DNA of 32,000 nucleotides from Candidatus Thorarchaeota archaeon. GTDB lineage: Archaea > Asgardarchaeota > Thorarchaeia > Thorarchaeales > Thorarchaeaceae. The notes beneath the pieces are model-generated. The model made no database searches and was not told the DNA's origin. It saw only the letters and a program-made list of their open reading frames with translations. Within the stretch, counting starts at the first letter, position 1; the number at the start of each line of letters is the position of its first letter. The position numbers and the translations under genes were made by a program. Where the stretch lies: positions 1-32,000 of the forward strand of contig SHMX01000011.1 of assembly GCA_008080745.1 (NCBI GenBank). Direction: 5' to 3'. Below are positions 19,038 to 26,429 of this stretch, in pieces.

Positions 19038-19337
19038 CTAAACTCTCTTGTACTCTTTTATTTTCATCATTATTTTGTAACCATCAATTCCGATAGCACG
19101 CAAATAGGTATCAAGAGGAAGGATATCGCCATCTTCTGAACTAATACCATCAAGATATTCAGTTACAACTTGAGTGACTTCACGAATCAGTCGTTTTTCT
19201 TTTCCAAACAGTTTTGCAAAGAAGCCCCAATCAAATATTTTCATGTGTTTTTTCAGAGAAGATGAGTCTTGATCGGTCTTCTTCTGAACTTCATTGATGA
19301 TATAATCGAGAAGATCTTGTTTAGATGACATTGTCAA
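19038..19337 (-). CDS. Hypothetical helical protein (99 aa)
   Basis: Protein-like composition; sits between ahcY and a long intergenic region. No recognised motif. Confidence 0.65.
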   Translation of the reverse strand: MTMSSKQDLLDYIINEVQKKTDQDSSSLKKHMKIFDWGFFAKLFGKEKRLIREVTQVVTEYLDGISSEDGDILPLDTYLRAIGIDGYKIMMKIKEYKRV

Positions 19338-19493
19338 TGGGCATCACCGAATATTCAGACCATTCAAAACGATATAAGGAAACGTTGTTTCAAAGATTTC
19401 AAAAATAATTGTAAGTGTCAGCGTGGAACCGCTTGCCACCCAATCAAATGATAACTATGAAAGAACTCCTTCGATGGATTGTACCATAGGGTA

Positions 19494-19810
19494 TGCAACA
19501 GCTGATCAAAACGTGGACAAGCTTGGACATATATCAATTAACTCTTTGATATATTGACCTGTATACGGTATCCCCTGCAGCTCGGCTATCGGGAGTGTAT
19601 ACCTTGACCATCAGAAGAGGGGGGTTATTAGGAATCATGTCTAAGATAAGTATGCCGCCGTGAGTTGCACGGAGGCATAAAATGCCTGTGAAGAGGAAGT
19701 AAGACATCATCAGTCCTCTGTGACCAGTGATGCAGCCTCGATGAAGCAGGAACCAGACAGCAAATGAGGACTCCTGTCCACCTTTGTCCAAGTTCTGTGC
19801 AACGGCTGCA
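19494..19810. ncRNA. Putative structured ncRNA or MITE-like element bounded by imperfect inverted repeats
   Basis: 36-nt inverted repeats at 19494-19529 and 19775-19810 (26/36 complementary; TG...CA ends), each containing TGGACA-N4-TGGACA. Internal helices: 19529-37/19546-54, 19561-66/19597-602, 19651-62/19668-79, 19637-42/19702-07, 19712-18/19766-72. Interior 19561-19800 is 50% GC. Confidence 0.55.
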
Positions 19811-19929
19811 AATACAACAACACTCAGTATGCTGGTTACGATGCTCTCCATCATAGAAGAATATCAAAATGTCAACGAGCAAAGCACTTTTGAGGGAGAG
19901 AATAAAATATAGTTAATGAGGTTAGAAAT

Positions 19930-20181
19930 TTGGGAGAAAAGAAGATTGGTGAAATCTCACAATATTTTCATAACATAAGTGTAGCAGCGATTATACTCGA
20001 AGACGAACTGAAAGAAGGCGACCAAATACATATCAAAGGTACAACCACCGACTTAGTCCAAGAGGTTAAGTCCATGGAAATTGATCGGGAATCCGTTGAA
20101 AAAGGTACAAAGGGACAAGAGATAGCAATCAAAGTCAAAGATAGAGTTCGTGAGAATGATGAGGTATATCTCGTCGAATAG
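19930..20181 (+). CDS. Small beta-barrel protein (translation elongation factor-like / peptidase U32 C-terminal-like domain)
   Basis: KKIGEISQYF...ISVAAI...LKEGDQIHIKG...QEVKSMEID...GQEIAIKV...VRENDEVY pattern; TTG start with a GAGGT RBS. Confidence 0.8.
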   Translation: MGEKKIGEISQYFHNISVAAIILEDELKEGDQIHIKGTTTDLVQEVKSMEIDRESVEKGTKGQEIAIKVKDRVRENDEVYLVE

Positions 20182-20257
20182 ATAAAAGACTAGAACAAGT
20201 AGATAAGAAAGTTGAATAATAAAAGATCGAGGGAAGATAAACTTCCCTCTGCTACTT

Positions 20258-21907
20258 CTATAACATAGCAAATAGCACGCCTTGAGGGAGAATTAGCATT
20301 TGCAAAAGGAATGCTTGAAATAAGGCTGTGAAAATGGTTCTGTTTCCTAACCTTTGAATGATGTTTCCACCGACCATTACAAGAGCTAAAATCAAAAGGC
20401 CCTGAAGTGATCCTATCATTCCAGATGTGGAGCCCAAAGCATACCATAATCCAGTTAGGAAGAAGAAAGGTAAGAAACCAATCAAAGTGTTCCATAGCAA
20501 CAGCCGTGACCCCTCAACCTCACGTTTTAATGCAATCTGAAATTCAACTTGTCCAACGTAGAATCCAAATGTAGTGAATATTGTGAAAATGATCAGCCAG
20601 ATGAACCGTTCATTTATTGGAAAGATATAGTAAATACCAGATCGTGCAAAAACGACAGACCAGAGAATAATAGCTACCGCGATAAGCAGAGAAAGTAGAA
20701 ACTTTTTACTCGTCAAAGAGGATATGTTTAGATTTCGGTTCAATTGGAAAGTTCCTTCTGTCCCTCCCACTTTTCCTCTCCAATATAATAAAACAAACAA
20801 AAGACCATAGCTTCCGATGAATCCAACATAGACTATATTGAAGACGGGAATGCCAAGAGGAATCATGAAAAATAGCAGTGCCAGCAAAAGAAAGATAGGT
20901 ATAGCACCTAACCACATGACTAGTTTTGTTTTGAGAAATTTTCTTTCCTCAATTATGTCAATTCCATATTCTCCACGTCCAGAATCATAGGCACTCAGGA
21001 GAGGATCCGCAACTCCCAATAGCAGGAAGACACCAACAATACCCATGAACCAGAAGACTACTCGTAGCAGTGCAGAAATAGCAGGTCCACCTGGGACCGA
21101 CAAAGAAAGGGATTCTGCAATGAAATCTTTAGAGATATCTATTGCCTGGGGGTTATATACCTCATAGTTATGAAGGAGCCATGGGAGAACGACTAGTTCT
21201 CGAGAGTATGATGACGTACCGCCTTCTGTCAGATTATTGAGAAGAATATTTGCAGATTGAGGAGGTAAAATATCGTCCAAGCTTCCAATCAATAGAAGAA
21301 TATCAGTTGATGGATTTGAGCTATTCAAAGCCTGAACCCATTCGAGGGCAGCATCTTGAACACCTGTAAAGAATTCTGATTGTATATTTGTTGCCAGATT
21401 GACTTGTGCACCAAACAATACCAAGCCAGCAACAGAAGCTGTGTCTAAGACCGCAGCTTGGAGTGCAACACGGGCGCCCATACTATGACCAAAGATTATG
21501 ATATCAGAATCATCCAAGCCTGATAATGTCTTAAATTGTTCTTTCGCCTCTAAAGCCTGTAATGCAAGCCTATCAGTAGCGGCATTGTCAAATTCAAGGG
21601 CCCCTGGAGACCGTCCATGTCCCGAGAAATCAAATGTGAAGATATGAAGCCCCATCTGATGGTATTCGGTGACCAAGCTTCTCAATGCAGTCTGATCACT
21701 CCCAAAACCTTCCAATAGAAGAACACCAGAAGATATTGAGCCCTCATAATAAAGCCCTACGAGTAAATCACCATCTGAATCTGTAAATTGAACTTCTTGA
21801 GTAAGTGTAAGACCAGAGTCTATCGCTACAAGTCCAACAACAGAACTGACAGCTAACAATCCACCAATGAGGGAAATTAGAAATAAGGTACGTTTGGAAA
21901 TGTTCAT
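20258..21907 (-). CDS. Second membrane-anchored alpha/beta hydrolase with a C-terminal multi-TM domain
   Basis: N-terminal TM, EGFG, FDFSGHG, GHSMG nucleophile, GSLDD Asp, LLHNYE His, about 8 TM. Likely start ATG 21907. Confidence 0.8.
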   Translation of the reverse strand: MNISKRTLFLISLIGGLLAVSSVVGLVAIDSGLTLTQEVQFTDSDGDLLVGLYYEGSISSGVLLLEGFGSDQTALRSLVTEYHQMGLHIFTFDFSGHGRSPGALEFDNAATDRLALQALEAKEQFKTLSGLDDSDIIIFGHSMGARVALQAAVLDTASVAGLVLFGAQVNLATNIQSEFFTGVQDAALEWVQALNSSNPSTDILLLIGSLDDILPPQSANILLNNLTEGGTSSYSRELVVLPWLLHNYEVYNPQAIDISKDFIAESLSLSVPGGPAISALLRVVFWFMGIVGVFLLLGVADPLLSAYDSGRGEYGIDIIEERKFLKTKLVMWLGAIPIFLLLALLFFMIPLGIPVFNIVYVGFIGSYGLLFVLLYWRGKVGGTEGTFQLNRNLNISSLTSKKFLLSLLIAVAIILWSVVFARSGIYYIFPINERFIWLIIFTIFTTFGFYVGQVEFQIALKREVEGSRLLLWNTLIGFLPFFFLTGLWYALGSTSGMIGSLQGLLILALVMVGGNIIQRLGNRTIFTALFQAFLLQMLILPQGVLFAML

Positions 21908-21981
21908 CCTTGATTCACTAATAAAGCAGATACAACACACTATATGTCTATTACCTAATCAGGTACAGATAATTCCCTTGG

Positions 21982-22446
21982 TCATAATTTTGTTATTTCA
22001 CCAACATCTAAGCCCATAGGGCGAAAGCCTTTGTGGATACTATCAATCCAATATTCATATTCTTCTCTGGAGCGGAGCCCCTCTACCCTTGAAACCATCA
22101 TCCCTTTTTTGAAAGCAACAACAACTGGAACACCAAGTATATTGAACTCTTCCTGAACACCTTCAACTTCGTCTACATTGACTTTTCCGAAATATACACG
22201 CAAAGCAAATTCTTCCGCCAGGTCTTCCAAGATTGGAAGAAGACGTTCACAGAATGGACAATGAGAACGATAGAAGATAAGAACAGATGTCTTTATTTTT
22301 CGGATAAGATTCATGAAGGATGGTTCACGCATATCATGGACTTTTCCATCTGCGAGAGGCTCTTTTGAGGTTTCAATGGATGTTTCAAGCTTCTTCGCTA
22401 AAGAATCAAAATTTGATGCCTCGATTTTTTTAGGCAAAATGCTCAC
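21982..22446 (-). CDS. Thioredoxin-family protein
   Basis: CPFC redox motif, KVNVDE and cis-Pro motif GVP; about 40-aa N-terminal extension. Confidence 0.88.
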   Translation of the reverse strand: MSILPKKIEASNFDSLAKKLETSIETSKEPLADGKVHDMREPSFMNLIRKIKTSVLIFYRSHCPFCERLLPILEDLAEEFALRVYFGKVNVDEVEGVQEEFNILGVPVVVAFKKGMMVSRVEGLRSREEYEYWIDSIHKGFRPMGLDVGEITKL

Positions 22447-22630
22447 CTCTATAATTCTAGCACTAAGCTACATTAGTTTTTTGTGAGGTCACTTGAAGGG
22501 ATTAAAGAAGCAGAGTTATTCAATATATTTGTTTCAATGAATGTATTGCAGTGTTCAAAGATATGGGATCGGATGGGAGTAGTATAGAGTTCCAGTACTT
22601 TTTATAGGTAGTAAATTCGCTTTGGTAGTT

Positions 22631-23035
22631 ATGAGCACCACCTCAAGCGCAAGAACGATATTGGTAATACTATTAGCAAGTTTTGGATTGCCATTGCTTT
22701 TTCTCCTCTTTCTCTTCGAGTACTTGGAAATCTCAGAATACGTATTGCCCATTTTGCTACCAATATTCGGATTTACATTACTAATGCTTATCGTCATATT
22801 CGGATTCATCTTTGGAGCTATCAAATGGGCATCAGGGAAAGCAGGTACTATGCAATACCAACATTCTCCACGCATTACAACCACAATGCATCATGCTCAA
22901 AGAAAGTTCTACTTGATTCCAGTAAACTGTCCACATTGCCAAAGTGAAATCGAGTTAGGGAGAGCAGAATGGCGAGATGACCGGACCATCATTTGCTCCC
23001 GATGTTTTACCGACATTGAGATTCAGAAGACGTAA
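22631..23035 (+). CDS. Small membrane protein with a C-terminal zinc ribbon
   Basis: Two TM segments, then CPHC-x17-CSRC. Confidence 0.75.
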   Translation: MSTTSSARTILVILLASFGLPLLFLLFLFEYLEISEYVLPILLPIFGFTLLMLIVIFGFIFGAIKWASGKAGTMQYQHSPRITTTMHHAQRKFYLIPVNCPHCQSEIELGRAEWRDDRTIICSRCFTDIEIQKT

Positions 23036-23104
23036 CAATATGCGATATTGGGAAAAAGAAGAGAAGGTATCTGTATAGAACATACAGATACATACCAGTA
23101 TTAA

Positions 23105-24052
23105 TCAGCCGACTCCAACAACTTCAAAGTCATCGAAATCTTCAGGACCTGAATTGCGCTTCGCCAACATCACTACAACGCCAATGATGACTATAGCACC
23201 AACTACACCGATACCAACAATCATGATTTGTGAAGCGTCCATCACCAAGGGAGGTGGTGTGTCGCTTGTTGTGGTAGCAATTCCGCCAGATCCCTCGTTA
23301 ATATCAATACCATAAGAAATAGTGACTGTGTCGTCTTGGTCTAGAGCTGAAAATACACAATACCATGTTCCAGAGGTGGGGACCTCAAATGGACCGATGT
23401 CAGCCTGATGGTAATCATCCTTTATTGCAAAACCTGTAGCACTGCCACCAGTCGTCCAAGCATTGTAGTTACTTTCATCACAGATGAAAAAATAGATTCC
23501 ATCCGATGAGAACCAAGTTGAAAAATGACCGTCTATTTCATCACCAGCATCGAGATTGAATGAGGTATACCACCATTCATCGGTCTCAAGAGTTTCTCCA
23601 TACCTAGTATAATCCCAGTTTGATGGGTTATAATAAGGAGAGTTGTCATCATCTAGATCCACACCAATATCCACAGTTACAGTGGTAGAACCTTCAGCAT
23701 TACTGAATACGATATGCCAAGTATTAGTGGTCTGCACAGTAAAGGAGATACCCATGGTGTGAATTCCTTCACTTAGCTCATATACGGAGGCACTTCTTCC
23801 GGCTTCCCACTCGCCCATATTGTAATCGTCAGCTATGAAGAAGTCAAGACCCTGCGTTTCAGAATGGGTTTCAAAAAAGCCAGAGATATCTGTACCAGAT
23901 GAGAGGGATCCCGAAACATCGTACCATTCACCCGCATTAAGAATAACATTTGTGTATTCGTTGTCCCAATCTGACGCAGCTACGTGCTGAGTCGAACTTG
24001 ACGAAATGAGAATGAAAGAGAAAAACAACAAAATCAAGAATTTTTTATCCAC
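23105..24052 (-). CDS. Type I membrane protein with two tandem beta-sandwich repeats (GOLD/emp24-like or PPC-like)
   Basis: Signal peptide, two alignable repeats of about 90 aa (W..L..GEW / FFI.D..N..W..G.SA / F.V.T..TW..VFS), Thr/Pro linker, C-terminal TM and a short tail. Confidence 0.75.
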   Translation of the reverse strand: MDKKFLILLFFSFILISSSSTQHVAASDWDNEYTNVILNAGEWYDVSGSLSSGTDISGFFETHSETQGLDFFIADDYNMGEWEAGRSASVYELSEGIHTMGISFTVQTTNTWHIVFSNAEGSTTVTVDIGVDLDDDNSPYYNPSNWDYTRYGETLETDEWWYTSFNLDAGDEIDGHFSTWFSSDGIYFFICDESNYNAWTTGGSATGFAIKDDYHQADIGPFEVPTSGTWYCVFSALDQDDTVTISYGIDINEGSGGIATTTSDTPPPLVMDASQIMIVGIGVVGAIVIIGVVVMLAKRNSGPEDFDDFEVVGVG

Positions 24053-24200
24053 AGTAAATTCACCTTTGTAGGCTGTAAATAGGAAAGTAGATACAGAAAT
24101 AGATTTTGGATACGTGGAAGAAAACCATAACTGAGAGGAGCTTTCTTTTTGAGGCTAATTCAAACACGTAAGAGGTATTAATGACAAAATCCATTGATTC

Positions 24201-26429
24201 ATGGTTGCAATGAGTGAAGTTCCACCTGTATGGCAGATGATAAAGGAAGCAATTGATGCGCTCGATGGACGGGCTACTCATGCGGAGATACGTGAATACA
24301 TTCAGACGAAATATGGCGATATTTCGGATGCGATGATTAAGACCGAGATAAATTTCTGTTCCGTCAATAGTCCAACAAGAATATACGGTCCAGAGAATCA
24401 AGACCCACGAAGTACTAGGAATCCAGATGATAGATACGACCTTTTGTATCGTGTAGAACGTGGAACTGTAATGAAATATGACCCATATATTCATGGATAC
24501 TGGGAGATAGCCCAGGACTCACAGGGAAGAATGGTTGTCAGACAAGATGTGATGGACGATGCAGATGTATTCCTTGAAACTAAAGACCCAGAAGAATTAC
24601 GCAGAATAGGAGACCGTCTTGAAGAGCGACGAAGATATGTTGAGGCGGAGCTTGTCTATAGGATTGCCATCGATTTGGATGAAGAATACCATGCAGCATG
24701 GAACAATCTTGCTCTAGTTTTGGAAAAGCAAGGACGATATGAGGAGGCAAAAGAAGCCTACGAAAAAGCAATTTCTTTGAATCCGAATGACCCTGCAACT
24801 TGGAGTAATCTTGCAGATGCTCTAATTGAAATGAAGGCATTCTCTGAAGCAGAGAAAGCCTACAAGAAGGCACTGGAACTAGACAAGGAGAACCCGGTAA
24901 CATGGAATAACTACGGTCTTGCCCTTGAAGAACAGGGATTTTATGAGGAGGCAGAACGGGCTTTTCGAACATCTGTAAGAATCAATCCAGAGGATGCAGT
25001 TGCTTGGGGAAACCTTGGTGACCTTTTAGAACGTGATGACAGACTTGAAGAGGCCGAACATGCATATCGACGCTCCGTTGAATTAGATCCAGATAATGCA
25101 GACATCTGGTATATGTTAGGATGGACACTAGAACAGATGGACCGTTATGATGAGGCAATTGAAGCATATCGCTGGTCATCAGACATCGACCCAAATGATA
25201 TCGAGATTTGGAAGAAGTTAGGAGAGGTTCTGCAATATGTAAATCAATACGCAGAGGCATCCGATGCATATAGGAGAGCAATTAGAATAGAACCGAATGA
25301 TTCCAAATTGTGGAGGTCATTTGGTTGGGTGCAACTGATGGTCAACGAATTGAATACTGCTGAAAAATCATTTCTCAAAGCTATCAGTTACGAGTCGAAT
25401 GATGTGATGTCCCGAATCGGAATTGCAGTCATCCAAACAGAGGGGGAACAGTATAGTAGAACTATAAAGACATGTGAACAAATACTATCAATTGAGCCCG
25501 ATAATCCATATGGGTTGGTATTTCGTGCTATAGCCAAATGGAAACAAGGAGATATGGACGAATCTGAAAGAATGCTACATCATGCAACCGACCTTCATCC
25601 CGATTTTTATCTTGGATGGAGACACTTGGGAATATTCTACCAAGAAAAAGAAAGCTACTCAGAAGCAGAAGATTCACTCAGAATGGCCCTGGATCTTGAA
25701 CCTACCTATGCAGATTTGCACTATGAATTAGGAGTTATTCTTCTGGAACTTGATCAAAAAGAGGAGGCACTCAAAGAATTTCAAAGAGCGGTTAAATTGG
25801 ATGACGGATTCGTCCAGGCATGGGCAAGATTAGCCCTCATAGCAGACGAACTATCAAAATCAACCATAATGGAGTCAGCCAAACAGAAATACAACGAACT
25901 GTCGAAAGAGGGTAAAAAGACACGTTCACCAGTTCTAATTCCACCAGAAATAGCTGACTACGATGATGCGGAAGAGGTAGAAGAAATAGAAACTAGAAAA
26001 CGAACTCGACGAACTTCACTTCAAACAGAAATAGATGAATTGGATTCATCCCAGACATTCACGACCCAGCTAATGGAACTGTTTGTGGACTGGTTAAAAA
26101 GAAAGGGGGTCAGTTCTAGGCAAGAGCCCGATCATGTTGATGTAATATTCCAAACAGAGAATCATACTTATGCTGTAGAGGTGAAAGCACTACGAAATCC
26201 AATAGATGATATTCGGGATGCGGTGGGTCGGCTGCTTCAGTACAATTTACTACCGGAAAGACGTCCTGCGGATATCTGGATTATCCTAACAGATGAAAAA
26301 CCTGCAGATGCAGGACTTGTATGGATTCATAATCTAAGACAGAGAATGGGTAAAGAAAGTTTTCCAGTGTATCTGGGATGGCAAGAAGGTTCCGAGTTTA
26401 TTTTTGATGAGATAGAATTGAATCTTTAG
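24201..26429 (+). CDS. N-terminal HTH-like domain plus 12-13 TPRs plus a C-terminal PD-(D/E)XK nuclease-like domain
   Basis: 34-aa TPR periodicity (W-x-x-LG/LA...A...Y..A...P). C-terminus HVDVIF...AVEVK...IRDAVGRLLQY...IWIIL. Confidence 0.8.
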   Translation: MVAMSEVPPVWQMIKEAIDALDGRATHAEIREYIQTKYGDISDAMIKTEINFCSVNSPTRIYGPENQDPRSTRNPDDRYDLLYRVERGTVMKYDPYIHGYWEIAQDSQGRMVVRQDVMDDADVFLETKDPEELRRIGDRLEERRRYVEAELVYRIAIDLDEEYHAAWNNLALVLEKQGRYEEAKEAYEKAISLNPNDPATWSNLADALIEMKAFSEAEKAYKKALELDKENPVTWNNYGLALEEQGFYEEAERAFRTSVRINPEDAVAWGNLGDLLERDDRLEEAEHAYRRSVELDPDNADIWYMLGWTLEQMDRYDEAIEAYRWSSDIDPNDIEIWKKLGEVLQYVNQYAEASDAYRRAIRIEPNDSKLWRSFGWVQLMVNELNTAEKSFLKAISYESNDVMSRIGIAVIQTEGEQYSRTIKTCEQILSIEPDNPYGLVFRAIAKWKQGDMDESERMLHHATDLHPDFYLGWRHLGIFYQEKESYSEAEDSLRMALDLEPTYADLHYELGVILLELDQKEEALKEFQRAVKLDDGFVQAWARLALIADELSKSTIMESAKQKYNELSKEGKKTRSPVLIPPEIADYDDAEEVEEIETRKRTRRTSLQTEIDELDSSQTFTTQLMELFVDWLKRKGVSSRQEPDHVDVIFQTENHTYAVEVKALRNPIDDIRDAVGRLLQYNLLPERRPADIWIILTDEKPADAGLVWIHNLRQRMGKESFPVYLGWQEGSEFIFDEIELNL

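Noticed and set aside
19561-19602. SRP RNA: CCTGCAGCTCGGCTATCGGGAG resembles the eukaryotic Alu segment CCUGUAGUCCCAGCUACUCGGGAG
   Set aside because: No upstream G-run to form helix 3, and no helix 8 motif (CAGG..GNRA..AGCA with correct stem) or GNAR helix 6 loop on either strand. Not supported by eye; cmscan would settle it.
19695-19720. Hammerhead core or C/D box: CTGATGA on the minus strand
   Set aside because: No GAAA after the candidate stem II. The nearest CTGA is about 100 nt away with no terminal stem or canonical K-turn.
19775-19795. Replication origin ORB boxes (TGGACAAAGGTGG loosely resembles the ORB consensus, and the boxes are inverted)
   Set aside because: The TCCA-N-TGGAAA core is missing, the interior is not AT-rich, and no orc1/cdc6 is in the window.
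19534-19882. ORFs 19534-19854 and 19628-19882 (minus strand)
   Set aside because: Two overlapping frames with atypical composition and no family motif, lying across inverted repeats and hairpins. More likely incidental, though not excluded.
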